The notes: generated by a model from the letters alone, not told the origin. A stretch of DNA of 64,000 nucleotides from Neoconidiobolus thromboides FSU 785 (GCA_025603075.1 MU626359.1:13842-77841); one strand, 5' to 3'; numbered from the stretch's first letter, positions 1 to 13,233 are shown. Numbers and translations: made by a program.

Positions 1-900
1 TACTTAATAGTAATAACAAAATCCCAACAATAATTAAAATCATTTTCCTTGATATCTTTGGTTGTGGTTTTGACTTATTAGTTTCAAAAAAATCACTTTT
101 ATTATTCATTTTATTATTATTTTGAATTATCTCTATTATTTTGAAGCATTATCGTTCAGTATTTATAGTCAATTTTGACATAATGATGATGGAGAGCAAT
201 TACCCGGACAGTCATTGTGTTTTTAAGAGTTTGTATTTATACTATCAAGAACTTATATTCTTATTAGAGAGTTATTCATAATAGTAAGTACTTTTATTTA
301 CAATTATAGATATTTTATTTCAAAATGGTGATAAAATGCTTAAAGTCATTAAAATTTGATTCATAATTATAAATTGTTCATGATATATCAAATTGTTAAA
401 GAAGTGTGGCGATTTATCTAATGAATTATAGTATTTATAATATTAATACTAATATTGAATATATATTTTTATTAGTTATCATTATTTAATAACATTTTTA
501 GTCTTATAATTAGTTTGGTAATTTTATTTTTATTACTTTTATTGTTAAAAATATCAGAAATCATAAAATTGTTATTAAGAATGGTCAATAAAGGCTTCTT
601 AAAATGTTATAATTTTTAAAAGTTTAAGAATAATTTGATAGAGTCATTTTAAAGGAACGGCATACATTTTAATTTTGATTTTAATTTTGATTTTTAAAAT
701 AAGATTTTGTATCAATAAAATTTTATTGTATGCTTCTAAAATACTAATAATATTACAATATGTGCAAGAATATAACATTATAAGTTATTAAATACTCTTT
801 AAAATTATTTATTTTATAATATCCTTAGTTTCTAAAAAGATGGTAGAATAATTATATTCAGTATAAATAGACTAGATATTAATATAATGCTTGAAATATA

Positions 901-980
901 AGAATTTTATTAGCAATTTTTCCACTCAAATAGTGCTTGAAAGATGGAAAAAATAATGAAGCCAAAAAAACATCCCCATA
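901..980 (+). mobile_element. MITE-like ~98-bp repeat, left end degenerate or missing
   Basis: agaattttattagcaatttttccactcaaatagtgcttgaaagatggaaaaaataatgaagccaaaaaaacatccccata matches the family core and right TIR. Confidence 0.8.
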
Positions 981-1166
981 TCATGATTTATACTTATTTT
1001 ACTTTATTAAGCACAAAAATACACCTTCATATGATTAATTGGAAATTTCAATGTAGTTAATTTTATTCATAAATTTAGATAATTAAATCTTATTAAACTT
1101 TACATTATAAGAAAAAAAACACAAGTAATTTATTTTAAGAAAGAAGTTTTATTATTTATTAATGAC

Positions 1167-2339
1167 TTAACAAGATAAAAGCAATGGGTTAAACCCTTTA
1201 AAATTATGATTTTGGTCCATAATACCGAAATTCTTTTCAATACTAGGTCCTGATTTCCAAGTAGAATCTAATGCTTCCAATAAGTAATAGTCTAAATTCA
1301 TTTTTTTAGCTTTACAAATAAATCCTTTTAAAAATAAGGCTTGATTCTGGATACTAGCTGGTGCAAAAGTAGCTTGGTTTTTATCAGGAGATCCATTAGA
1401 TGGCCATCCAGTTTCTGATATAGTGACATTACGTTGATATTTATTGATCAAATTTGTAGCTTGATCTAAAACAGATTGAACTGCTTGTGTCATTACTTGA
1501 GTTATATCATTACTAGGTGTTGGATTTGGTCCAAAATATGAATATAAATTGGCAAAAACAGTATCACAAACTTTAACCAATTGATCACACCATTTATCTC
1601 CTACTTCAACAGTACTAATTATTACATTATTAATTTTATTTTTTTGAAACTGTTGGCGTACATAAATTATATTATTAACTAATTGATTTACATTCATTCC
1701 ATTAAATAACTCTTCATTGCCTACAGTTACCCCTAACACATAATTAGCATAACTTGGGTTTTTAGTCAATACATTGATAATCGCAGAACTTCCCTGTTCA
1801 ATTTTTTGTTGTCCACCTCTTATCCATATTCCTAATAATACTTTCATACTTAATCTTTTTTGAGCTATTATTTGTAATACCATTTCTATTTGATTACAAT
1901 CATTACTATATAAACGTATTTTATTTGTCATTTTATTTATTAATATTAAATCCGTTTCCATATCACTTTGAGTTTTACAATTATTATTTGTGTTAAATGG
2001 TGAATAATTCAATCCATTGATTACTTTATTCTCTTTATAGCTTATTGTCATACTATTATTACCATTATTACTATTATTACTATTGTTACTATAATTAGTC
2101 ATATTATTATTAGTTGTGGTAGTACTACCAGTAGTATACCCGGGGGCATTAATTAAATAGTTATTATTATTATTATTATTATTGGCATTACTATAATCAT
2201 TCAAATCACTGTTAGAAACTAACTTTGAAGATTGGCTTATTAAACTATTGCTATAAATAAAATCATTTGAATAAGGACTATATAAGCTATTGATCTCAGT
2301 GAGATTCCAGCTTATTAATAAAAGATAGTACCATTTCAT
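1167..2339 (-). CDS. Secreted GH17 beta-1,3-glucanase/glucanosyltransferase (Bgl2/Scw-like) with Asn-rich linker
   Basis: 390-aa ORF with signal peptide and GH17 motifs GLNYSP, IRLYSNDC, VGNEEL (acid/base Glu) and ISETGWP (nucleophile Glu). Confidence 0.92.
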   Translation of the reverse strand: MKWYYLLLISWNLTEINSLYSPYSNDFIYSNSLISQSSKLVSNSDLNDYSNANNNNNNNNYLINAPGYTTGSTTTTNNNMTNYSNNSNNSNNGNNSMTISYKENKVINGLNYSPFNTNNNCKTQSDMETDLILINKMTNKIRLYSNDCNQIEMVLQIIAQKRLSMKVLLGIWIRGGQQKIEQGSSAIINVLTKNPSYANYVLGVTVGNEELFNGMNVNQLVNNIIYVRQQFQKNKINNVIISTVEVGDKWCDQLVKVCDTVFANLYSYFGPNPTPSNDITQVMTQAVQSVLDQATNLINKYQRNVTISETGWPSNGSPDKNQATFAPASIQNQALFLKGFICKAKKMNLDYYLLEALDSTWKSGPSIEKNFGIMDQNHNFKGFNPLLLSC

Positions 2340-3261
2340 TATTGATAAAAGTTGAACAAGGGTTTAAATTGAAATATCATTCTATATATACTTGTTGGGT
2401 TTTTTTCTAGAAGCTAGAGCATATTATTGATCATCTATAATAGGTTAACATAATTTAAGCCATCATTACATTCAATTTTATGCTGTTTACTTTTTCCATA
2501 TGTTTGATAAGCCTAAAAGTCCTCAATTTCAATTTAAAGGCTTACCTTATTTAGTTTCCAAGATCTAAATTTAAGCCAATTATTAATTTTAAAGGTTTGC
2601 CAAGTCTTTGGAGTTTTAATTATTTTACTCCAGAATTATTTGTTTAAAATCCTTTTTATCTATTATTACTCCTTAATATAATCGATGATATGTTTTTGAT
2701 TAATTGATTTTTAGGTATTTAATGTATTTGTTTAGTTTTCTTGTTTCGATGGCTAATGTAGGCTTTTTTTAATTAATGTAGTTTATTTTCACACTCTTAA
2801 TTATACAACATTTAAATATCAGTTTTAGGTTGAGGAAATGGATAAACAATTCCCCATAATAGTAAAGATAAAAAAAGCAGTAATAGTCATACTATGTTTT
2901 AATATATATTATACCTTTAGATACAAAAGCGTTCGTAGTTTTAAGACATATCTTATAAGTTTAAACCATACAATTTAACTTGTATAAGATAATATTATGT
3001 ATTACTAATACTAACATCAATACTGTGATATGAATAACTATCAGTTAAAATACGTTTAAATAGGATAAACAATAAGTCTTACAATTTAAATTATTACTAT
3101 TGTTCTTATATAATCGATGGATCTTATTAATATTTTAAACATTGAATAATACCATTTACTATAATATATATATTATAATAAACCCATATGCTTTTTAAAA
3201 GAATCAAAAAATGACATGTTGTTATGAATATTAGAATATTATACTATCTCAAAAATTAAAT

Positions 3262-3367
3262 ATATGGGGATCTATTTCTGTATTTAAGAATTTTACTAAC
3301 AATTTTTCCACTCAAATAGCACTTAAAAGATGGAAAAAGTAATGAAGTCAAAAAAACATCCCCATAT
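3262..3367 (+). mobile_element. MITE-like element, full length
   Basis: ATAT-GGGGATCT...AAAAAACATCCCC-ATAT; 98 bp between the ATAT flanks (3266-3363). Confidence 0.9.
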
Positions 3368-3399
3368 ATGTTATTACTACCAACTATACTCTTTTTATA

Positions 3400-3800
3400 A
3401 AAAATGTTCAGACCCTTTGACAAACAACAAAAATTGATGAATTTTGTAACTTAGTTAAACTATCCCCAAACAAATAATCTGCTGTAAACGCATTGTTTTA
3501 ATCCAATCACCATAAATCAATTCTATTTTATGCAGTTTCTAACCCTAAAATAAATGTTAAAATCCGAACTCTAGATAATATTAGTTCTAGAATACACAGT
3601 TTTAAGTTTATGTGTCAGGATACGTTCTAAAACCATTATTATTTAAGGCCATTGACCTTAGCCTATGTTGAAATCCATGCTATGCTTAAAAACCAACTTT
3701 ATTCTTGCTTTTTACATCCTTCCTACCTTGATAAAATACTAATGAATTTATTGTTAAAATAAATTGTTTAAATAATGATAATTTTACTAAACTTTCAATT
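3400..3800 (+). pseudogene. Decayed IS630/Tc1-mariner-like DDE transposase remnant
   Basis: Frameshifted fragments INQFYFMQFL, TLDNISSRIHS, KPLLF..IDLS and HAMLKNQLY follow the order of the DN..H / SPDLNPIE..W..LK motifs. Confidence 0.4.
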
Positions 3801-4273
3801 GGAAATTTTGATATAGTATAAATAATGTTGAGAAAATAAGAATATAAGAAAAAAATCCAGTTCCCAATAATCAGTTGCTGCAATAGTAGTACATCTAACT
3901 CTAAATCAATTTTATTTGATGATAATCTATATTATTAATCTTATATGAAAGTAATGAACTGTATTATAATTAAGAAGCTACAGTTTATTTTTACTAAAGC
4001 TAATAAAAATTATTATTAAGTCAAAAAAACAAACTTGAACTGGTCAAAAGTAGTAGTTATTGGGATATTTCAGTATGATGTTGCATAGAATTTTATGTAT
4101 CTGACCCATCGAAATCCCTCTTTTAGTCTAATTAAATATATCACTTACACTAATTACGTGAAAAATTACATTCATTAATCTATGTGATAAAATTTCCCTA
4201 TCAATAATAATAGCTATAAATATAATTAATGAAGCGAAAGTATAAGAAAAAACGATTTCTAAAAAGGGAATTT

Positions 4274-4345
4274 GGCTAGCTGGCGCAATGGTAGCGCGTT
4301 GGACTCCAGATCTAGAGGTTAGAGGTTCGACTCCTCTGCTGGTCA
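4274..4345 (+). tRNA. tRNA-Trp (CCA), intronless
   Basis: 72-nt cloverleaf GGCTAGC/GCTGGTC-A, D-arm GCGC/GCGC, loop CT-CCA-GA, TTCGA T-loop, followed by a T-run Pol III terminator. Confidence 0.97.
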
Positions 4346-4457
4346 ACTTTTTATATATTCTAAATCGTTTTATGTATGTTAAATTTGAATGATTAACTAA
4401 AAATTGATGCTTAGCCTCTATCACTTACAAGATATCAAAAATGGAAAAAGATTAACC

Positions 4458-4531
4458 TGTATTTAATCAATTTTTAAGTAATAATTAACAATTGTGTATT
4501 TAATCAATTTTTAAGTAATAATTAACAATTG
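4458..4531. repeat. Tandem duplication, 37 bp x2
   Basis: tgtatttaatcaatttttaagtaataattaacaattg repeated exactly. Confidence 0.9.
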
Positions 4532-4982
4532 ATTGTTTTATACATAGATATGTTATTTTAATTTTAAATCTATAAGTCGAATATTTGGTTTAATATGTCC
4601 TTAATCTTTTTAATCTGCTTTTATCAAGTTTATTAGCTCATCATAAATTTAACAACTGTTCTTCTTTATGTTCTCCCTCCTTATAAATTTTTATTATTTA
4701 AGATTAGACAATAGTTGAAAATTTCGGAAATAGAATTATTGTTTTATTAACTTGTGAAACTATTAGAGTCTCATGGCTTTTATTTGATATTAATAATATA
4801 CGAATAGTTTAACCTTGTTAATTTTGTAATTATAATAAGTAGGATCAAAATGCCTATAGAATAATAAGTTTTAAACTTGATTAATATATTAGTACTGTAA
4901 GATAACGGTAGAATCGATAAATTCAATTAGTACCAAATTTTTAATGAATAACTTTAAAGCAGATAAGAAAGCAAATAAAAAA

Positions 4983-5816
4983 CTAATATGAAGGAGGTAA
5001 GGGAACAGAGTAGGGTGGTGGGGGAAGTAAAGGATAATAAATTTCTTGTTCCACATTATTAATAAAATAAACGAATGGTTTAGCGCCATTATTAAAATAC
5101 AGATGACATTTACCACTGGAATAAATGGTAGGGAACACTTCACCTAAAGGAGCTTGACTAGCTGGAAATTTTAATGGTCGAAATAAACAACCATTTTTGG
5201 TGAAATAAATTTGTCTCGTATAATTTTGATAACCAATACCAAGTATATCGCCTTGTTTTAAACTTTTACCGTATTTCACTGAGGGATACTTTTTTTTGCC
5301 ATAAACTTGTATATTGCCATTATTTGAACTATAACCTATACTATTTTCTATTTCTCCTAAAATTTATTAATATTTTATTTATCATGAGAAATTAATATTC
5401 TTACCAGGTTTAATACAACAGGTTTCATCTTTTGAAGCTAAACCAAAGATCACATTTGTATCTTCTTCTATAGAAATAATTTCAACCTCAATATAAAACT
5501 TAGAATATGGAGAAAGGGTTAAAGGTAGACCCGATTGTATACAACATTCTTTCATAAAGTATAAATTAAAAAGTTCACTAACTATGACTTTATCTAGTAA
5601 GTTCAAAGTCAAATGAAAGCTTAATTGATTATGATAATCATTTAATAGATTGCTAACTTGGCCTACTTCTCCGTTCGATAATCCCGGATCTTCTACCAGT
5701 GCTCTTCTTCTCCTTTTACTTTTAATAACAACATATATTATTAATACCACTACAATGATTATAATCACTAAAAGTAATACCATCAATTGGGATGAGTTTA
5801 ATATAGATTCAGTCAT
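4983..5816 (-). CDS. TM-SPRY-PPxY protein (Ssh4/Ear1-like Rsp5 adaptor), paralog 1, 2 exons
   Basis: N-terminal TM then KSKRRRR; SPRY motifs YIEVEI, FGLA, GDILGIGY, IYFTKNG, FPTIY; C-terminal PPPPY and PPSY; phase-1 intron ~5357-5404. Confidence 0.85.
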
Positions 5817-6379
5817 CTTTTACTTTGATTTTTGGTTTAAAACAACAAAAATAACAATGAGGGTGAACTTTATAATTCAATAAATAGCATTAAAAATTTA
5901 AAAAGCAATAAAACAAGTAAAAGATAAGAAATGTTTTTATTTACGCTTAAACTATACGTTTCTAATTTGTTAGTTGGTGGTATGATCATTTTCTTAATAA
6001 TGAGTTTTGACTCTGGTTTAACTTTCACTACGATCATTGGAGCTTCTATTTCTATATTTAGGTTATTACTTGAGTTTCGAATCTCATGATATTTCTTCTC
6101 TTAAATTCCAATTGTTAATGGATTGGAATTCCTCTCTCATGAACCTAAATTTATAATTATATGGAATATAACTAATGCTCAATAGTTGTGTGTTTGTTTA
6201 TTTGACTTTCATTTTTATTAAAACTAATATTTTATTGTGTAAATTTTATTGAATGAATATCGTCAAGGTTTTAACTTTCAAATTAAATTCACAATTAATT
6301 TGTAATAAAGAATGTTCTTTAACTACATTTATTGAGGATAATAATTGATTATAAAATATTTTCAAATACTGTCACAGTC

Positions 6380-6900
6380 AAAAAAGAAGAAAAGAAGGGA
6401 AGAGGTAATTAGCCAAGAACCTGTATTGTTTAGTTTGGGACAATCAAAAATTATAATTTTGACGCCATTTCTCAAGCAAGTGTTTTTTTTGTAAAATTGT
6501 TTATATTTTAAATATTTATTTTCACTATTAACTGTAAAAGATGATGTTATTATGACCCATGTTGTCAAGCATTATATTCTTTTATATTAAATTTGTAACT
6601 TGAATATAATTCTATAATTTCTCCATATTCTGTAACAAGATAAACTACTAAAGTACTTGGTCCAATATATTATAGATATATAAATTTGTATAATAATAGG
6701 TGATATAATACCAGGGTATGTGGTTTTTGTTATTAAAATAAACCTATAAAACGATCGAATATTAATATAACTATAGATTCTCGATTTCGAGTCCCTAAAT
6801 ATAAAATGAATGACTGAAATAAGAACAGGGATCATTTGTTGAACCTTAAACTCATATAAATTACAGAAAACCATAGCCCTGATTTTAGCTTTTCACACTG
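6380..6900 (-). pseudogene. Possible decayed IS630/Tc1-like transposase remnant
   Basis: Broken frames with IMLDNMGH followed by NGVKIIIFDCPKLN; many stops. Confidence 0.3.
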
Positions 6901-6991
6901 CTATTTTTGCACCAAATCTAAATTAACTTATGCAAAAAATGGTTTGTAAACAGACCAAAAAATAATAACTTATTTTTTTTAGTTAATTTTG

Positions 6992-7871
6992 ATGCTAATA
7001 CTTGACGGTTTACTCTATAAAGTGGGTATAGCTGCTGCTATTTTTTTTAGTGTAGTATGTTTACTTGGACTAATTGCTGATGTTCGCAGAAGACGTAGAC
7101 TACAAAGACAAGATCAAAGAAATGAAGAACTAGGAATTCCCCGTCCGCAAATGTTTAATAATCGACAGAATGTAGACAATTTGGACTGGACTTTTCCAAT
7201 TACTTTAAGTTGTGTTGATAAAGTGACTACGAGAGATGAATTTCAATTATTTTTTGTACAACCTTGTGGTATTCAAGCTAGTTATCCAATTCCCAGAAAT
7301 CAAGATAAAAGTTATTTTGAAATCAAGATTTTGGATATATTGGATGGACAGGAACTTTTTGTTGGACTAGCTCCAAAGAACCAAAATGAAACCGTTATTC
7401 CAGGTAATAAATATATTATTATTATGTTTTACTGACTAAAGTAGTATTTTAGGTGTTGGTGATGATAGTGTATCAATTAACTCAAAGGAGGGCAGTATAT
7501 TATTAAGCGGAAAATCTATATATTGGATTAATGGTAGGAAGTTTGGTAGTGGAGATGTAGTAGGATGTTTAATAACTAATTCATCACCAACTAATATATG
7601 TTTCACGCATAATGGTGAATTATTGGACCCAATACCAATGGTAAGAAATTCAATCCCAGTATTTCCATCATTATATTCTAGTGGTCAAGCTCATATTCAG
7701 TTTAATTTTGGGCATACTGAGTTTTTATTCTCTAAAGCCAACTTATTTCGTTATGGCTTAGTATCGACTTCAACACTTTCTGAGTTACCACCTGCTTATG
7801 AAAATGATATTGCTCCTCCAATCAATACCTTTAATAATCCTAATACATCGGCACCACAATATCCCTTGTAA
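6992..7871 (+). CDS. TM-SPRY-PPxY protein (Ssh4/Ear1-like), paralog 2, 2 exons
   Basis: TM then RRRRR; YFEIKI, FVGLAP, GDVVGC, FTHNG, FPSLY, FNFG; C-terminal LPPAY; intron ~7405-7452 at the same Gly codon as the other paralogs. Confidence 0.87.
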
Positions 7872-8347
7872 ATAAGATTTATTTGCTTAATTTTAATAAT
7901 TTTAATAAAGATTTGTTGTTATTTTGGTATTCGTGATACAAGTTATTAACTTTATTTTTTTATAGTATCCTTGAGTTAGGCTAAATAGATAAAAATTAAA
8001 ACAGAGGTTTGTGTGTAACTATTTGTATTAGAATTTTACATATTTATGTTTGGAACTTATCTTTTTCTCGATTTCTTACCTAAAGCGTTATAGTCAAAAT
8101 CCCCTTTATTGCCAAATTAAATAATTAATAGTTAATTATCTCTGATAAATTTTTAATAATCATAAGGGATTTAAAATAAGTTGGGTTTTATTAACTTTAT
8201 AACTGTAATTAAATTTACAAGTATTGGATCATAATGAAGAATAATATAATCTATAATAAAAAATTCAGTTTACAAATCGATATAAAGTTTATTTCAATAA
8301 ACGATAAAGATAAATAATAATTATATAAAAAACTCGCTACTAAAAAA

Positions 8348-8929
8348 CTAAGACTTAGTAGGAAAAAGTTGTTTAAAAAAATTAAAGTTATGAAAATCTT
8401 GATCCGGAGTAGCTTGAAAGCTTCTAAGTAATTGAGGTTGATCATTATAGGTACCAAAGATATTAGCTAATGCCTGTTGTTTTAAATTATGATATTCCAA
8501 TGTATCCATGCGATTAACTTCATAAGGAACAGTTTCTTTTTGTAAAGTAATATTAAAATCCGGATTTTGAGCTTTAAACTTGCCTTCATAATAGTTCTCA
8601 TTTTTGAAAGTAATCCCATTGGGCGTATTAGAAGATGAACGGGTATCCAACATTTCCTTTTCGTATTTTTTATTTTTTCCTAATCTTACTGGGGAGTATT
8701 TAAGTTGAGAAATACAAGATACGTTTCTAGATATTAACCTTTCGCCTCTCTTTTTACCACGACAAGCCCTATTATTAAACCAAACTTGAACTGCTTTTGC
8801 TTTTAGACCCAAGTCTTGGGCAAGGTATCTTTTAACACTGGTACCCGGCGTGGAATCTTGGTCAAAAACTGCTTGTAATTTTTCTAATTGTAAATCGGTA
8901 AATACGGTTTTAGTATGGCTATGATGCAT
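8348..8929 (-). CDS. Homeodomain protein with atypical residues
   Basis: N-terminal homeodomain F8-T9, L16, F20, helix 3 VQVWFNNR. Confidence 0.88.
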   Translation of the reverse strand: MHHSHTKTVFTDLQLEKLQAVFDQDSTPGTSVKRYLAQDLGLKAKAVQVWFNNRACRGKKRGERLISRNVSCISQLKYSPVRLGKNKKYEKEMLDTRSSSNTPNGITFKNENYYEGKFKAQNPDFNITLQKETVPYEVNRMDTLEYHNLKQQALANIFGTYNDQPQLLRSFQATPDQDFHNFNFFKQLFPTKS

Positions 8930-10275
8930 TTTTATTTTAAGATTAAAGTTTAATTGAATTCAATTCTGTATAGTATTAGGTATGAGTTTATTATTAGTTG
9001 AAATCCAGCCTGATTTTTCTTAGTAATAATATAATTAAAAAATAATTGTTTCTTGGGTATTAAACTGAACATTATATCATTGTTGAGTTATTAAACCAAT
9101 TAAATTTGTTGATTGTGAGATCCACTTTTATTGTCCATATATGACGAAATTTATTGGCTTGAGAATGCAACTTAAAGAATAATTGGTCTTTATTTTTAGA
9201 ACAGTGAATATTGCTTAATTAGCTACTTGACTATAATATAACAAAAATCTAAAATTTATTTTAAAAACTAGATCTAAGATAATTAAAACATTGGTATATT
9301 AAATTAATCATGAAACGCTAATTTGTTATATAATTTTCATAAAAGTAATTCTATTTTATGTAAAAGGAGTTTAATTGTTTTATTATTTGACTTTTATGAT
9401 AGTTGAATCAAATTGGCTGAAAGTGGCTCATTGTTAAATAGAAATAAAATATATATATCATTTTATACATAGGCTTTTTTATTGTCGATCTATTATGTTT
9501 ATATACGCGTAAGTTTAAAAGCTCTATTGAAATCAAGGATAAAATTTTCCATTTCATTTTTTTGTCCATTTAGTATGTATGTAGCATAAATTTTTGAGAG
9601 AGTATTCAAGTAATACTGGAAAACTCTCAAATAATGGAATGCTGTATTAAAGCTCATTTCTTTGCTTCTATATTTAAGAATAGTTAAGTAAAATATTAAT
9701 CAATAGACTACATTATAATTCATAATTTGCTATTAGATAGCTTTACAATTAAGGATATCAAAGTCTTATAAAGATAAGGTAAAGCAAGTTATTATTTTTG
9801 TAAGTTATAAATTATAATACAACCTATGCTATCTACTATTAAATATTATAAACAAGAATTTTATTAAATAAGGTTATAGGTCCAGATTTCTTAAAGTTCA
9901 CGATGAGATCTATTCAAAAATAAAAATACGCCACAGTGTTCTTATGGATTGTACTTTCGGATCTATTTATAAGCTGTATAAAAATTCTGAAAATTATCAA
10001 ATTTAGAATAAAAATTACCTTTTTAAAAAGATATTAGAACTATCTAAATGTAGAATATATTAATTTGATAATACATTATATTGGATTCCATTGATTTTAT
10101 TATACCAGAATTTGTATTCTAATATATTAGTAAAAGCTAAAAATAAATCAGTTCTAGATTTTATCTTTAATTAATTGATATTTATTTAAACTAACTAATA
10201 TAAACTATTTTTTTCTCTTAATCATTTTATCCACTTTCTAAACAATTTAAATTAAGAACACTTGGTTAAAGCAGT

Positions 10276-10381
10276 ATATGGGGGTATATTTTTGTATTTA
10301 AGAATTTTACTAATGATTTTTCCACTCAAATAACACTCAAAAAATGAAGAAGTAATAAAGCCAAAAAAAACATCCCCATAT
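10276..10381 (+). mobile_element. MITE-like element
   Basis: ATAT-GGGGGTAT...ACATCCCC-ATAT. Confidence 0.9.
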
Positions 10382-10645
10382 AAAAAAAGTTTGATGTTTG
10401 TTTATATTATATATTATATACACATAAAACAAACAAACTTATATTAAATAATTGAAAGATTATGAGTTAAGTAGTTACATATTAAAATGTTAAGAAAGAC
10501 TAACTATTTTATTACTCAAGTAAAAGTAAATGAACCTTGAAATTTTTGCTATTAACAAAATAACTACATTGTAACTTACTTTTTTTATAAAAATTATAAT
10601 TAAACCCTATGAGAAATGATAGCTCTATCAATCGGGTTTGAAAAA

Positions 10646-10750
10646 ATATGGGGATGTTTTTTTGATTTCATTGTTTTTCCATTTTTTAAGCGCTATTTGA
10701 GTAGAAAGATTGTTAGTAAAATTCCCAAACACAAAAAAACATTCCTATAT
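10646..10750 (-). mobile_element. MITE-like element
   Basis: Reverse orientation, ATAT flanks; inverted partner of the 10276 copy. Confidence 0.88.
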
Positions 10751-11803
10751 ATTTATTGGAAATATAATTGATATGTACAGATATAACGTTTTATTTTTTA
10801 TTTAAAACTTATTTTAATAACAATAAACTATAAAGATTTTTGCAGCGTTTTGAATGAATTAATATTATCTAGAGTATTTATTTACAGCAAATAGCGCCTA
10901 TTGATGTTTTTTTAGCTATATCATACATAGATTTAAAAACTTAAAATTTCCAATTTGATTGAAGCATCAATTTAAAAATAAAGCTGTAATAAACTCTCAA
11001 TAAAAATTTTGCTTAACTTGAAAATTTGCAAAAATGAAGTCTGGGAAAAAATGAACATCCAGTTTACTAGCCCATATTAACTTCAGTAGCTTGCAATCCA
11101 ACGATATAAATATTATCAAATTTATTGAGTAACAACGAAATAAACATTACTGATGACCAATGATAAAGCAAAAAAATAAAAAAAATAAAAAAATAAAAAT
11201 AATGGTTTATAAAATTCCAGTTTAATAAGTAGAAAAAAGCTATTAAGAATAAAAATTCCAGTTGAATTCATATCCCTGATTTTCGAGTTAAAATTACAAT
11301 TGAAAATTAATCTCAATCAAATAATTTGAAAATGTTAGAATTATAAAAGTTATTTGTTCCATATTGAAAAGAAGATTGCTAATATTTCAACTAAAGTTCA
11401 AATACACAATAGATAATAAAATAATAGATTCCATGTTTAATGAAGTCAAGTAGGAAAATAGAATTTATGCAATCACTATTTCAATATGAATAATAAATTG
11501 AGTCATTAATAAAATAACGTGAGTAATATGATCAAAGGAACAAAAATTAAATTTAAAAAGGTAATAAAATTTGAAGTTATGACTATTTAAAGAATCTGCA
11601 CCTTTGGTCTACCTCATTAATTTATTAAAATTTATTATATAATAATAATCAATATTAAAATCTTTTTTATTCCTACTAAATTATCTATTCTAGATTTACA
11701 TTGCTATTTTTTCTTATCTTTTTGTTTTGTACTTACATATTTACTTTTTATATTTTTATTTATCTTTTAAATTTGGAACTTTACTTCAATCCCCTTTACC
11801 ACT

Positions 11804-12677
11804 ATGAATCTTGAAATCATAATAATAATTGTTGTAATATCCATACTATTAATCATTGTAATAACCATAATAGCAATTAAATGTTACCAATCAAAGAGAC
11901 AACAAAGATTACGACAGGAGATAGCGGAAGAGGAAATGCGAGTATTGAACTATGAGCATAATCGTAAAAGGAAAGAAGAAGATACTAGTAATTTAGAAGG
12001 GGATGCTGAATCGAGTGGGAAGATGTATTGGGAATTTTCATTAACATCAGAAAATTATACTAGAATTCAAGTTACAAATCGAATTAATATTATCTTTTTA
12101 TCAATGTGCAGTTTACAAACTCAATTACCTTTGTTGCCCATTTCGCATTGTAATTATTTTGAGATCTTTTTTTTGAAATTAGATGAAAACGCTAAACCAT
12201 TTATTGGATTGGCGGCTAAGCAGAATAATTTAGAGTGTATCCCAGGTAATTAATTTATTTCATTGACTATCATCTTTATTAACGAATTTTTACTTAGGTG
12301 AAGAAAAAGAAAGTTTTGGATTAAGCATTAGCGAAGGGGTGATTCTAAAAGAAGGTAAAAAAAGCAGGAAAAAAGAAATTGAACGTATTGAATCGGGGGA
12401 TATAATTGGATGTTTTTATAATCCATTTAAACAATTATTCTATTTTACATATAATGGTTTGCCTTTAAAAAAACATAAGTTCGTTACAAATCAACTAAGA
12501 TTGTATCCTACGATTTATGCTAATTCTAGCTGTAAGATTCAATACAATTTTGGTGCAGTTCCATTCGCTTTTAAATTAGCAAACTCTTTACATTATGGTA
12601 TTGCTTCACACTCAGTGTATGATATTACGCCTCCAGAATATTTGCGGTTTAATAACCATGCTTCATTTGATGTATAA
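11804..12677 (+). CDS. TM-SPRY-PPxY protein (Ssh4/Ear1-like), paralog 3, 2 exons
   Basis: TM; YFEIFF, FIGLA, GDIIGC, YFTYNG, YPTIY, YNFG; C-terminal TPPEY; intron ~12246-12297 at the same position. Confidence 0.87.
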
Positions 12678-13233
12678 TAAATTTAACTGTATTTAAATTA
12701 AATGCTGTTCTTTAATTCCACCTATTTAGATCAAGCTTGAACTATTTAGTCTAAATCTAACAGTCATTGGTCAAAAATTTCTTTTTGACAAGAAGAAATT
12801 TTGCTTGAATTAGTTATTATTTTGTTCAAACTTGACTTCAATTTTAATTTTTAAATAATTAATCAGTTAATCTCAAATGTGATCTGAGTTTAAATGTTTC
12901 AATTTCCAAATTAACCTACCAACTTTAAAAATAAATATAAATCCCACAACCTAAAAACGTGACTTTGTTAACCGCGATGCAACAAATCAGAAATTTTATC
13001 TTTGTATTTTGATTGAACAATTCTCAGGCATCTTAAAGTTAGTTATTGAATGAAATGAACCTTATTCTTTACCTCGTTCCCGATGTCGAGATAAGTCTCG
13101 CCAAAGAGGCTGATCTTGTTCCCAATTCAACATAACATTCAATGTTATTGAGATATTGAATGAGATTGTATATTTTTATACAAAATAATAATAATTAAAA
13201 AATACTTTGATAATCTCATTTTATTTATTACAA

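Noticed and set aside
2050-2190. AAT/AAC triplet runs in the GH17 gene
   Set aside because: Ordinary poly-Asn low-complexity linker, common in AT-rich genomes.
4128-4424. 98-aa minus-strand ORF
   Set aside because: It runs antisense through the tRNA-Trp gene and AT-rich flanks; spurious.
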